DNA of 64,000 nt from Polyangiaceae bacterium (GTDB lineage: Bacteria; Myxococcota_A; Polyangia; Polyangiales; Polyangiaceae): assembly GCA_965222375.1 (NCBI GenBank), contig CBDCTZ010000016.1, forward strand, positions 2,784,001 to 2,848,000. Direction: 5' to 3'. How positions within the stretch are numbered: position 1 is the first letter of the stretch; each line of letters opens with the position of its first letter. The notes under the pieces were generated by a model. That model worked only from the letters and a program-made list of their open reading frames with translations. It did no database searches and was not told the DNA's origin. A program made the translations under genes and the position numbers. Below, piece after piece: positions 1 through 9,819 of this stretch.

Positions 1-1549
1 GGCCGACCAAGTCGGCCCGAGTTTCTTCCAAAGCGGCGGAGTAGTTCTTCAGGGCGTCACCGGCGACGCCCTCTTCGAGCTGTCCCGAGGCGTGACCGAT
101 CACCTCGTGCATGTCCACTTTCAGGTTCATGCCCTCGTTGCCATGCTCCTTGGCGCGTTTGATCTCCTCTGGCGAGGAAGCAAACTCGTCCAAGACACCG
201 CTGTCTTTGGACGCCTCGTTGTAGGCGTCGACGATGTTGCCCAAAAACACCGACTTGGAGCCGGCCTCCTTCCGGATCCAATCCGCATTCGGCAGGTTGA
301 TGCCAATGGGAGTTGTCGGCGCGGCGTCTCCGCTCTCCACGATGATGGTGATCACCTTGGCCGAGATCCCCACGACCTTCTTTTTCTTGTGCTCGTCGGC
401 AATGGGAGAGTTGTCCTCAAACCATTGCGCCGACCCGCCGATGGTCGCAATCCGCTTGGAGCGGACCATGTCCTTCAGGCTGAGCACGGCTTCATAAGTC
501 GCACGGTAACCCAGGGGGTCCCCGTAGGTTTCGATGAAGCCGTGAACCACGTCGATGCGGGACTCCGTGTCTTTCACCCAAGCCACGCTGTAGTCGTCGA
601 AGTCCTTGAGGTCCCCGCTTTTGTAGTACTTGATCAATAGCTCCAGCGCGGTCTTCTGCTTGTCGTTTTCCGCGACGCTGACGGCCTTCTCCAACCAGTG
701 CACCATCTTCTCGATGGCGGCCGAGTACATTCCGCCAACCTTCCAAACCTTTTCCGTCAGCTTCCCGTCTGCTTTGACGAGTTTGGAGTTGAGCCCGTGG
801 CTGATGGGGCGGGTGTCTTTCGGGTCTTTGAGCTTCTTGTAGAAACCCTCGACTTCTTTCTGGCTCACGTTGCCATAGAAGTTGTTCGCGGATGCCTTGA
901 TCACATCCACGCCCGCCTTGCGATTGACCCGAACGGCGTACTTCTTGTCATCGAACAGAATGTCCGCGAGCTTTTCTGAAAGAGTGTCGGGTGCGAGTTT
1001 TTCCTCGCTGCCGGGCCAGGGGTCCAACGGCAACAGCTTGGCGTCAGCTCCCTTGATCAGTTTGGCCAGGGCTTCCTTGTCGAAACCGGGGTCGATCTTG
1101 GCGCTGGAATAGCCGTGGTGGATACCGTTGTGGACCCAGACCTGCTTGGCGAAGGCCAGGGCGGCCTTGTACTCTTCCGAGTCCTTCGCCTTGTAGCTCT
1201 GCAGGATAGCCTCGAGGGTTCGGCGCACGACCAGGTTGAACGCGAAGTTCTGATCGTAGGTGATGTCTCGACCCGAGATCGCCGCCTTGTAAAGGTAGTA
1301 GGCCAGCTCCTTCTGCTTCGGCGCCAAGGTGTCAAAGCCAGGGACCTGGTAGCGAAGAACCTGGTGGTCCGCGACGGTTTCTACAACCACCTTGAACGGT
1401 GCCGCTGGGGGATCGGGCAGCGGGGGCATCGAGGCCGCGGACGCCGATGGCGCTGCGGAGCCCGCCGTCGTGGGGTTCGTCGTCGGCTTGTCCTCACAGG
1501 CTGCAAGGCTCAATAACACGGTGGCTACCAGGTAATTGCGGAGTTTCAC
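1..1549 (-). CDS. Dipeptidyl peptidase III (M49)-like lipoprotein; 3' end runs off the window
   Basis: Manual translation from GTG 1549: MKLRNYLVATVLLSLAAC (lipobox), then VADHQVLRYQVPGFDTLAPKQKELAYYLYKAAISGRDITYDQN, which resembles the bacterial DPP III N-terminus. Absent from the ORF track because no stop lies in the window. Confidence 0.85.
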   Translation of the reverse strand, partial: MKLRNYLVATVLLSLAACEDKPTTNPTTAGSAAPSASAASMPPLPDPPAAPFKVVVETVADHQVLRYQVPGFDTLAPKQKELAYYLYKAAISGRDITYDQNFAFNLVVRRTLEAILQSYKAKDSEEYKAALAFAKQVWVHNGIHHGYSSAKIDPGFDKEALAKLIKGADAKLLPLDPWPGSEEKLAPDTLSEKLADILFDDKKYAVRVNRKAGVDVIKASANNFYGNVSQKEVEGFYKKLKDPKDTRPISHGLNSKLVKADGKLTEKVWKVGGMYSAAIEKMVHWLEKAVSVAENDKQKTALELLIKYYKSGDLKDFDDYSVAWVKDTESRIDVVHGFIETYGDPLGYRATYEAVLSLKDMVRSKRIATIGGSAQWFEDNSPIADEHKKKKVVGISAKVITIIVESGDAAPTTPIGINLPNADWIRKEAGSKSVFLGNIVDAYNEASKDSGVLDEFASSPEEIKRAKEHGNEGMNLKVDMHEVIGHASGQLEEGVAGDALKNYSAALEETRADLVG

Positions 1550-1794
1550 GGGCCATGGGGTGCCATGGGCTCTCGCCGATTGCAACGGCTGAGCGGTCCG
1601 GCGCGCGGCATCTGGCCCGCGAGGCGTTGGGGCACTGACTGCGGGTGCGTGAAGGCATTTCGAACGCGGACAAACAGCGTCGAACACGGCGTCGTCGTCA
1701 CTCCTTTGCCCGCTGTTGCTACTTTTTCGGGGCGGGCAACAGCTGCGGCGCGGAAACGTTGTAAAGCCGCCGGCATTGCTTTACGCAGCAGAGC

Positions 1795-3639
1795 GTGAGC
1801 CAAGACGCCCTCATCGTCTTCGCGACCCTGGCTGTCACGATCATCTTGTTCGTCAGCGACCGAGTTCGCCTGGACGTCGTGGCGCTGATGTCTTTGCTCG
1901 TGTTGTTGCTGACGGGTGTGCTCACCCCCAAAGAGGGACTTGTCGGCTTTTCGAACCCTATCGTGCTGATGATCGCCGGGCTGTTCGTCGTCGGGGGAGC
2001 GCTCAGCGCCACCGGGGTGGCCGATTGGTTGGGCACGAAGCTCGGCGCTGTCGCGGGCACACAGGAGGTGCGACTTCTCGTCGTCATCATGGCGGCAACT
2101 GCAGTTCTATCGGCGTTCATGAGCTCGACGGGGACCGTGGCCGTTCTACTGCCAGTGGTGGGAACCCTGGCCCGGCGCGCGAGAATCAACCCGGCCCGTT
2201 TGTTGATGCCCATGGCATTCGCTTCGCTTCTGGGAGGCTTGCTGACGTTGATCGGCACTCCGCCGAACATTGTGGTTGCTGACCAGCTGCGCGCCCAGGG
2301 GGTCGAGCCCTTTCGTTTCTTCACCTTCACACCACCGGGATTGATTCTGCTGGTGGTGGGCATCACGTTCATGGCGCTGGTAGGGCGCTACATGTTGCCG
2401 GGTGGCAGTCGGGCCGCGAGCGGACCCGAATCCATGCCGCCGAGCGCGTTGATGGCGGACATCGCTCGGGAGTACGGCCTTGACGGACAACTGCATCACG
2501 TAGCGGTGCCCGAAACGTCTCCGGCTCTTGGCAAGACCCTGCGGCAGTTGAACCTGCGGGCGAGGTTTGAGCTGACCGTCGTCGGCATCCAACGCAAGAC
2601 CGAAAGTTCCAGCTTTGCGGTCCCGGTGCTACCCACCGCCGCCCTGCGCGCCGGGGACGTCCTCATGGTGCAGGGCAGCGCTGAAGCGACGGAAAGTGCG
2701 GCTGCGGAACTATCCTTGCGCAACACTCCGGATCCCGTCGACCTCACTCTGCCCGGCGATGAGTCCATTGCTGAAGTCGTCATCCCACGTCGCTCTCATC
2801 TGATCGGGCGCAGCTTGCGCAAGGTCCGGTTTCGGGATCGCTTCCGCGCCACAGTGCTTGCCGTGCGTCGCGCTGGGCATCACACCGCCGAGCCCAACGA
2901 TTTCTTTGCGACTCGAGACCTACGCTTGCAGAGCGGCGATACCCTGCTGATCAAGGGGCCGATCAAGCACCTGAAAGTGCTGGTCGACGAACGCCGGGAC
3001 TTCATCATGGTTACAGAGCCTCGCGCGCCCGAGGACGTAGAGGTGAGTGGCTTCCAAGCCCTAGCCGCCATCGTCATCACTCTTGGCATGTTGGTGCTGA
3101 TGGCGTTTGGCATCGTGCCGAACGTCGTGGCAGTGCTTTTGGCGGCCGTCAGCATGGTGCTCGTCGGCTGCCTCGATACGAATCAGGCATACCGCGGCGT
3201 CAATTGGGAGAGCGTCGTGTTGATTGCCGCGATCCTGCCCATGGCGACAGCGTTGGAAAGGACTGGCGGCATGAAGTTGGCTGTGGACGCCTTGGTGAGC
3301 GGCCTCGGCGGGCACGGTCCCTACGTGCTCTTGGGAGCACTGTTTCTGCTCACGTCTGCCTTCAGCCAGGTGATCTCGAATACCGCTACAACCGTGCTGG
3401 TGGCTCCCATCGCCTACAAAGTGGCGGTGGACCTGGGGCTCTCGCCGCATACGTTCTTGATGACCGTGGCGATCGCTGCTTCCACCGCCTTCGCGACGCC
3501 CATCTCGTCGCCGGTCAACACGCTGGTACTCAACCCCGGGGGCTACAAGTTCTTCGACTACCTCAAAGTGGGCGTCAGTTTGCAGCTCGTCCTTCTCGTC
3601 GTCACGCTGGTCATCGTGCCCTGGCTGTTCCCCCTGTAA
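1795..3639 (+). CDS. SLC13/DASS-family permease with two TrkA-C (RCK-C) domains
   Basis: Multi-TM protein with motifs LLGGLLTLIGTPPNIVV, SQVISNTAT and TPISSPVNTLV...GGYKFFDY, plus a central soluble RCK-C pair. Confidence 0.9.
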   Translation: MSQDALIVFATLAVTIILFVSDRVRLDVVALMSLLVLLLTGVLTPKEGLVGFSNPIVLMIAGLFVVGGALSATGVADWLGTKLGAVAGTQEVRLLVVIMAATAVLSAFMSSTGTVAVLLPVVGTLARRARINPARLLMPMAFASLLGGLLTLIGTPPNIVVADQLRAQGVEPFRFFTFTPPGLILLVVGITFMALVGRYMLPGGSRAASGPESMPPSALMADIAREYGLDGQLHHVAVPETSPALGKTLRQLNLRARFELTVVGIQRKTESSSFAVPVLPTAALRAGDVLMVQGSAEATESAAAELSLRNTPDPVDLTLPGDESIAEVVIPRRSHLIGRSLRKVRFRDRFRATVLAVRRAGHHTAEPNDFFATRDLRLQSGDTLLIKGPIKHLKVLVDERRDFIMVTEPRAPEDVEVSGFQALAAIVITLGMLVLMAFGIVPNVVAVLLAAVSMVLVGCLDTNQAYRGVNWESVVLIAAILPMATALERTGGMKLAVDALVSGLGGHGPYVLLGALFLLTSAFSQVISNTATTVLVAPIAYKVAVDLGLSPHTFLMTVAIAASTAFATPISSPVNTLVLNPGGYKFFDYLKVGVSLQLVLLVVTLVIVPWLFPL

Positions 3640-3846
3640 GCGCAGACGACAACACACACCGTGTCACGTGCCGTGCGTAACGGGCGCGTCCTAGGAGGCG
3701 GGCCCGTCGGCGTTCCCTCGAGGGTGTTTCGGTCCCGTACCCGCGCTTGAGGCTTGGTTTTTGGGGTCGAGTCCCAGTCCAGGTTGGGCCATTACTTCCG
3801 CCCCTGGGCCCGTTGCGGCAGTACCGTCGGTGGTTAGTTTGACTCC

Positions 3847-4473
3847 ATGGCTAGCGAAAGCCGCAGGGCCCACTGGGACGACGTGTACGGGCGCAAAGGG
3901 CCTGAAGACGTCAGCTGGTTTCAACCAAGCCTTTTTGTGTCGTTGAAACTGATCGATGACATTGGCCTGGAGCCCTCTGCTCGCATCATCGATGTGGGCG
4001 GTGGGACATCGACCTTGGTCGACGACCTGCAGGCACGCGGCTTTCGCGACCTGACCGTGCTCGATATCTCCCATCAAGCTCTAGCCGCGACGAGCGAGCG
4101 CCTCGGCTCCGCCGCGGAGTCTGTCCATTGGATCGCTTCGGACGTCACCGAAGCGAAGCTTCCCGAAGCCCACTACGATCTCTGGCACGATCGGGCCGTC
4201 TTTCACTTCCTTACGGATCTCGAGGCGCGTGAGAAATACGTCGAACTTGCTCGGCGCTCCCTCAAACCCGGTGGGCACATCATCGTGGCTACCTTCGGGC
4301 TCGACGGCCCGGAACAGTGCAGTGGCTTGGACGTGGTCCGCTACGACCCCGAGGCGCTGCACAGCGAGTTCGGCACTCCCTTCCTCAAGGTTCATCAGCT
4401 CGAGGAGTCTCACCAGACCCCCTGGGGGGCGCAGCAGGAGTTCATCTATTGCTACTGTCGTCGGTCGCCCTAG
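3847..4473 (+). CDS. Class I SAM-dependent methyltransferase (TPMT/TehB-like)
   Basis: HWDDVY...VSWFQ, IIDVGGG motif I, WHDRAVFHFL. Confidence 0.85.
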   Translation: MASESRRAHWDDVYGRKGPEDVSWFQPSLFVSLKLIDDIGLEPSARIIDVGGGTSTLVDDLQARGFRDLTVLDISHQALAATSERLGSAAESVHWIASDVTEAKLPEAHYDLWHDRAVFHFLTDLEAREKYVELARRSLKPGGHIIVATFGLDGPEQCSGLDVVRYDPEALHSEFGTPFLKVHQLEESHQTPWGAQQEFIYCYCRRSP

Positions 4474-4601
4474 CTTCCGCTTGACCCTCGAGCCCTAACA
4501 AGTTGGCCGAGCCTCCGGTCTCGAAACCCTCAGCGCACTGGTCCGCCGCGGGTTCGGTGCAACGCTGCTCTTGCCACGGTGTATGCTCTTCGAGTTGGAC
4601 G

Positions 4602-6698
4602 ATGACGTCGGAAGCTCCCACTGGCTGGCACAAGTCCGTTTGCCCGTACTGTGGCGTGGGATGCGGCGTTGACATTGGTGTTCGAAACGACCGAGTCGTG
4701 GCCGTACGCGGCACCAAAGAGCACCCAGTGAACCGCGGGGACCTTTGCGCCTTAGGTAACAACCTCGTCGATATTCTCGAGACCGAGGACCGGCTCCACT
4801 ATCCCATGCACCGCGTCGCGGGTGAGCTGCGCCGCGCTTCTTGGCCGGCAGCGACACAGGAGGTTGCTGCACGGCTGGGAGCAATCCTAGAGCGTAGTGG
4901 TCCGGATGCGTTTGCGATGTACGTCAGCGCATCGGAGTACATCGAGGAATACTACGTCTACAACAAGTTCGTTAAGGGTTGCATTGGTACGAACAACTTG
5001 GAGTCCAGCGCTCGGTTGTGCTGGGCGAGCGGCGTTGCCGGGCTCGTTCGAGCGTTTGGAGCAGACTGCCCACCCTGCGCCTACGACGACATCGAGCAGG
5101 CAGATCTGTTCATCATATCAGGCTACAACCCGGCTTGGTCGAAGCCTGTCTTCTTCAGGCGTTTGCTTCGGGCCAAGGAGCGCGGCGCGTCGATGATCGC
5201 CGTCGACCCTCGTGTGACAGAAACGAGCCGTCGAGCCGATCTGCACCTACGTTTGAAACCGGGAACCGACGTGGCGTTGCACAACGGCATCGCCCACGTG
5301 TTGCTCGAGCGCGGTCTGATCGATCCAGCGGAGGCAGCGACCATCACTTCGAACTCCGAAGACTTTGCACGCCACGTCAGTCGGTTCACACCCGAACTCG
5401 CGGCCGGAATCACCGGCTTGGAGCCGCGCCAGCTGGTGCAAGCGGCCGAGATGATCGGCCGCGCGAGTGCGGCGTTGTTCTCATGGGGGCAAGGCCTGAA
5501 CCAGAGCAGCATTGGCACGCGAAAGGTGGCGACGTTCCTCAATCTGGCGTTCATCACAGGGAATCTGGGGCGGCCCGGGGCCGGCCCCCTGGCGGTTACC
5601 GGGCAAAGCAACGCCATGGGACTGCGCGAAGTGGGGGCGCTTCCCCATTTGCTTCCGGGCTTCCGCGCAGTTGGGGATGCCAGCGCGCGCGAGGCGATTG
5701 CAGAGATCTGGGGAGTCGACGCGAAACGCCTCAGCCCGACTCCTGGCAAGACCCTTCCCGCGATTCTCGAGAGTATCGAGCGTGGTGAGCTCGAGGCGCT
5801 TTGGGTGATTCACGCAAACCCCGCCGCGACCTTTCCAGATTCATCTTGGGTGCGGTCAGTGCTGGCGAAGCTGAAGCTGCTGGTTGTTCAAGACTGCTAC
5901 CATCCAACGGAAACGACTCAGCTCGCGGACGTGCTGCTCCCGGCCGCGCAGTGGGCCGAGAAGCCGGGCACGGTGACCAACTCGGAGCGCGGCCTCAATC
6001 TCGTGGAGCAGGCCGTGGAGCCGCCGGGCGAGGCCAGAGCGGACCTCGACATCGTGTGCGACGTTGCTCACAAGCTCGGGTTCGGCGAACACTTCGACTA
6101 TGCCGACACGGAGGCAATCTTCGAAGAATTCAAGGGCTGCACGTCGGGTCGCCCGAATGACATCCGCGGTGTGGACTATGCGCGCTTGCGACGCGAGCCG
6201 GGGATCCAATGGCCTGTTGCGACAGCCAGTGATCCCGGGACCAAGCGTCGCTTCGTCGATAGATGTTTTCCCGCAGGCAGGTTGCAGCTTGGAATCTTCC
6301 AGCACAGTGACGCGAAAGAGCTGCCTGACGACGACTATCCCTACCTGCTAATCACTGGGGTGACTGTCGCGCAGTTTCATTCCCGCACTCGCACCAGCAA
6401 GGTCCCGAGCCTGCAGCAGGCGGCGCCCGAGCCGCTCGTCGACATCCACCCTCGCGACGCATCGCGGGCCGGGCTGGATGACGGCGACTGGGTGGAGCTA
6501 GAGAGCCGCCGAGGTCGAGTCCGCGCTCGAGCCAGATTGAGCGACACCATCTGCGAGGGGTCGGTTTTCATCCCGTACCACTTCGGCCAGCTTGCCGGTG
6601 CCGACTGCGCCATCAACTCGCTGACCCACCGCGCCTTCGACGAGTTCGGTGGGCAGCCCGAGTACAAGGCCTGCGCGGTCAGAGTCACGCGGCTCTGA
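4602..6698 (+). CDS. Molybdopterin oxidoreductase, nitrate reductase (NasA/NarB/NapA)-like catalytic subunit
   Basis: CPYCGVGC...C [4Fe-4S] motif, ARLC Mo-ligand motif, GTVTNSER and a C-terminal molybdopterin-binding domain ending QPEYKACAV. ATG 4602 preferred over the ORF-track start at 4503. Confidence 0.85.
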   Translation: MTSEAPTGWHKSVCPYCGVGCGVDIGVRNDRVVAVRGTKEHPVNRGDLCALGNNLVDILETEDRLHYPMHRVAGELRRASWPAATQEVAARLGAILERSGPDAFAMYVSASEYIEEYYVYNKFVKGCIGTNNLESSARLCWASGVAGLVRAFGADCPPCAYDDIEQADLFIISGYNPAWSKPVFFRRLLRAKERGASMIAVDPRVTETSRRADLHLRLKPGTDVALHNGIAHVLLERGLIDPAEAATITSNSEDFARHVSRFTPELAAGITGLEPRQLVQAAEMIGRASAALFSWGQGLNQSSIGTRKVATFLNLAFITGNLGRPGAGPLAVTGQSNAMGLREVGALPHLLPGFRAVGDASAREAIAEIWGVDAKRLSPTPGKTLPAILESIERGELEALWVIHANPAATFPDSSWVRSVLAKLKLLVVQDCYHPTETTQLADVLLPAAQWAEKPGTVTNSERGLNLVEQAVEPPGEARADLDIVCDVAHKLGFGEHFDYADTEAIFEEFKGCTSGRPNDIRGVDYARLRREPGIQWPVATASDPGTKRRFVDRCFPAGRLQLGIFQHSDAKELPDDDYPYLLITGVTVAQFHSRTRTSKVPSLQQAAPEPLVDIHPRDASRAGLDDGDWVELESRRGRVRARARLSDTICEGSVFIPYHFGQLAGADCAINSLTHRAFDEFGGQPEYKACAVRVTRL

Positions 6699-6850
6699 CC
6701 CAAGCCCTCAGCTCTTGCTGGCCAAGCGCGCAGCAACGCCGGCCTCTCCGCCCAGCTCCCGTGAGTGTCAAAGCAAGTTGGACCGGGTGTCAGGGGCTCG
6801 ACACCGCGGTGTGGTCATCGCGAGCAGTGGATCTGTGAAATCTCCGCTAT

Positions 6851-7543
6851 TTGGCGTGCCTCCGTGAGTTGTCACGGACCTTGCAAAGGTCCCCGGGCAT
6901 GAACTCCCACGCTCGAGTCTTCGACGAACTTGCCGACGAAGAGAAACATTCCGTCGATACGTGGTCAGACGAGCTCCGGCCCCCTTCGGATTCGGTCGTC
7001 CGCCTACGATCACCATTCATGCAACCCCGCGTTCAAATGCCGCCGCCACCGCGGCTGCCCGCCGAGCCCCAAAACGCCGTGGACGACGGCTGGCTCGCAC
7101 TACTCGGTGAGGCCCTAGCGACGGCGCCCGAACCAGCCGTCACGTCTACTCAGAGTGAAAGTCCGTCAAGCACGCGCAGCGGTGTCGGCGCCAGCGAGCG
7201 GCCGAACGGTCGCAGCCTGAGCCCCAGAGCGGTGCTGCTGAACCAGGCCGATTCCATTTTCGTCGAGATCGACATGCCAGGTCTTGGCGCAGCCGATCTC
7301 GATGTCTCCGTGGCCCACGACGTCCTCGTGGTTTCCGCGGAGGTTCCCCGAGGAGCGCCGCCGGACTTCGAGGCGGTCGAGTTGGAACGGCCTAGAGGGC
7401 GGCTCGAGCGCCGGCTCAAGTTGCTTTCGGCGGTGGATACGGAAGATGTCTCTGCCGTGATGGAGGCTGGGGTCCTGCAGATCACCCTGAAGAAGATCGA
7501 GACGGACGCACCGAGCCGGATGCCCGTGCGAGAAATATCCTAG
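6851..7543 (+). CDS. Hsp20/alpha-crystallin family protein with long low-complexity N-terminus (start uncertain)
   Basis: C-terminal VEIDMPGL...LDVSV...ERPRGRLERRL...AVMEAGVLQITLKK. Confidence 0.75.
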   Translation: MACLRELSRTLQRSPGMNSHARVFDELADEEKHSVDTWSDELRPPSDSVVRLRSPFMQPRVQMPPPPRLPAEPQNAVDDGWLALLGEALATAPEPAVTSTQSESPSSTRSGVGASERPNGRSLSPRAVLLNQADSIFVEIDMPGLGAADLDVSVAHDVLVVSAEVPRGAPPDFEAVELERPRGRLERRLKLLSAVDTEDVSAVMEAGVLQITLKKIETDAPSRMPVREIS

Positions 7544-7554
7544 GAGCGGGACCA

Positions 7555-7914
7555 ATGACTCAGCAAGCATCTCCCCAAAGCACCCGCTCGCCCAACGTAG
7601 AAGCGCCCCGGGTGGATATCTACGAAAACGAGCGAGCGTGGTTGATGGTCTTCGACGTGCCTGGAGTACACCATGACGGCCTCGAGCTCACCCTTAGCCA
7701 GGCCAAGCTGTCGGTGCGAGCGAAGCGCGCGTTCGAGAGCCGGGCGGGTGCTCGTGCCCTGCTCTACCAACGCGACGTGCCGGTGTCTCCGGAGCTTGGC
7801 CCGAGTTCCGTGGACGCGACTTTGAAGCAAGGACAGCTGAAAGTGCGTCTGCTGAAAGCGCCTCCGCCTCCGGTGCCGGTTCTTGTCGCCGAGCTCTTGC
7901 ACGACGACTACTGA
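7555..7914 (+). CDS. Hsp20/alpha-crystallin family protein
   Basis: PRVDIYEN...DVPGV...ATLKQGQLKVRL; tandem with the upstream Hsp20; GGAG upstream. Confidence 0.8.
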   Translation: MTQQASPQSTRSPNVEAPRVDIYENERAWLMVFDVPGVHHDGLELTLSQAKLSVRAKRAFESRAGARALLYQRDVPVSPELGPSSVDATLKQGQLKVRLLKAPPPPVPVLVAELLHDDY

Positions 7915-8025
7915 CTAGCCGGGCCGAGGCCCGGTGAGCGCGGCTCCCGAGCCGGAGCGCTTACCGGTCGGGGCCACCCGTCACGCTCTTGCGCTCCACG
8001 GCGGCTGACAGCAGGATGCCGCGCG

Positions 8026-8580
8026 ATGCGCACCACTACCCTCAGCCGGGTCTTCCGGTCACTCATCGCATGCGCGGCGATGCTCTCGGCGTTACCCTCT
8101 CGCGCCCAGGCCAATCAGGACACCACGACACGGGTTGATTCCGCGAGCGAGTGGTATGGGCCCTCCGTTCTCGCCGTTTACGGCGTCGGCTACTCCGCCG
8201 TAGCCGTCGGACTCCTCGGTAGAAACCTTGAGTCTCAACCCGCCCGGGTGGGCGCTGCGATCATCCTGTCAGCCGGAGTGGGAACCGCCCTATTCGGGGT
8301 CCCCATCACGCACTGGAGCCACGACGAACTCGGTGCGGGCCTCGCGTCGCTGGGGGGGCAGGTTGGTGCGCTCGCGGCGGGTGGTCTCATCGGCTACGCG
8401 GCCTCCGGCAAAGAGACGACAGGGCTCTTCGTTGGCGCTGCCTTAGGCCACGTCAGCTTCGCTCTCGCCGACGCGTTTTTGCTGGCGCACCATGAGCGCG
8501 TGCTCTCTATCGAAACGACGTCCGCCAGGGTTCAGTTCGTTCCCTTCGGTTTGGGCGGTGCATTGCGCGTGAGCTACTAG
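8026..8580 (+). CDS. Hypothetical exported/membrane protein
   Basis: Signal peptide, hydrophobic Gly-rich helices, C-terminal aromatic residue (GALRVSY). Confidence 0.6.
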   Translation: MRTTTLSRVFRSLIACAAMLSALPSRAQANQDTTTRVDSASEWYGPSVLAVYGVGYSAVAVGLLGRNLESQPARVGAAIILSAGVGTALFGVPITHWSHDELGAGLASLGGQVGALAAGGLIGYAASGKETTGLFVGAALGHVSFALADAFLLAHHERVLSIETTSARVQFVPFGLGGALRVSY

Positions 8581-8601
8581 GTCGCCCAGGCCGTGGCGAC
8601 G

Positions 8602-9621
8602 CTAACCTGGCGGTAGGACGCCGGTTCGTATCTGGGCCAAGCGCTTGTGGGTCCAGCCGGAAAGGTCTGCGAGTGCGTTTTCCTCGAAGAATCTGGCGAG
8701 GCTTTCATACCTCGCTACCGCATCGAAGCCGATGGCATGGGCCAGCTTTCTGAGACAGATCGGGCACAAGAAGCTCGGTTGCCGATCGAGTTCATCCAGA
8801 GAGTTCGAGCCGTTCATCAGGCATTCAAAGCTGGTGCAGTGCTGCATGGCAAACATGTGTCCAGTTTCATGAGCGAGCACGGCGATGCTGCGCTTCAGTC
8901 CCAGGCGAGCCGCCGCTGCAGTCCGCGGCTTGCCCCAGAACTCGGGAAAGAAGCGGGTCAGGGAGTAGACGCCGACGCACTCCTCCAAGCTCGCCATTCC
9001 GAACACGTAGTTCCAAGACTTGCTCGGGTACAGATCATCCCAAGTCACCCCCAAGCTTGCGATAGCGTCGTTGGGCAGCTTGGGCTTGAGCACCTCATCC
9101 AAGAGCACTTTCGTATGGTGCTGGGTTTGCGCGCCGCTTCCTCTACGTTGCCCCTTCGCCGGAAGCGCCAGCGGCTTTACTATGTCCACGGGCAAGTCGA
9201 AAAAGCGCCGCATGTAGTCCTGCATAGCGCTCAGCACGGCCTGCTGGGGCTTCGTCATGCGTCCCAAGGGCTGAAGTACGAGTCGGCGCCGAGTGGGCGT
9301 GGGGCGCACGGGGTCAGCGGAGCGGTACTTCAGAAAACTCTGTCCGGGCTCCTTGAACCGCGCGAGCCAGTCGCCCTCTTGCGGCGGCCGTTTGCGCTGG
9401 AAGAGCTTCCCTTCCGGGGGGTGGTAGAGGCGCTCGAAGACCGCGTCCCGGGTGGCGGCGGCCGACGCCTTCGGTGCGACTCTGGCAGCGCTAGGGGACG
9501 TCGCCGCTTCATTCGGCGCGGCGCGCCGTTCCCGGGCGCAGCTCAGCGGCGCCGTCAACAGCGCAAACAAGAGCCCCCGGCGCTTCAGCTGGACTGCGCA
9601 CTTCACCGTATCTCCCGACAC
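8602..9621 (-). CDS. Archaemetzincin (M54) family Zn metalloprotease, probable lipoprotein
   Basis: HETGHMFAMQHC-x4-CLMNGSNS...LCPIC; DLYP...WNYVFG; lipobox-like PLSC. Confidence 0.85.
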   Translation of the reverse strand: MSGDTVKCAVQLKRRGLLFALLTAPLSCARERRAAPNEAATSPSAARVAPKASAAATRDAVFERLYHPPEGKLFQRKRPPQEGDWLARFKEPGQSFLKYRSADPVRPTPTRRRLVLQPLGRMTKPQQAVLSAMQDYMRRFFDLPVDIVKPLALPAKGQRRGSGAQTQHHTKVLLDEVLKPKLPNDAIASLGVTWDDLYPSKSWNYVFGMASLEECVGVYSLTRFFPEFWGKPRTAAAARLGLKRSIAVLAHETGHMFAMQHCTSFECLMNGSNSLDELDRQPSFLCPICLRKLAHAIGFDAVARYESLARFFEENALADLSGWTHKRLAQIRTGVLPPG

Positions 9622-9819
9622 ACCGGACGAGGCGAAGTTCCCAGACTCATGTCATGGAGCATACGAGCCGGCGTAACGGCGGCCAATCGATTGACGGCGC
9701 TGGGACCAGCGGCTACGTCCCAAGCACGAGAAAAACGCGCGTTTCGCTCCAAGTACAGGGCTGGGGCGGGCGCTGCAGCAGCTGCGGGCCATGGGGGTGG
9801 GTCCGGATCGGAGTAGCGC

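Noticed and set aside
6869..6885. Sigma54-like promoter TTGTCACGGACCTTGCA before the Hsp20 genes
   Set aside because: The essential -24 GG is GT.
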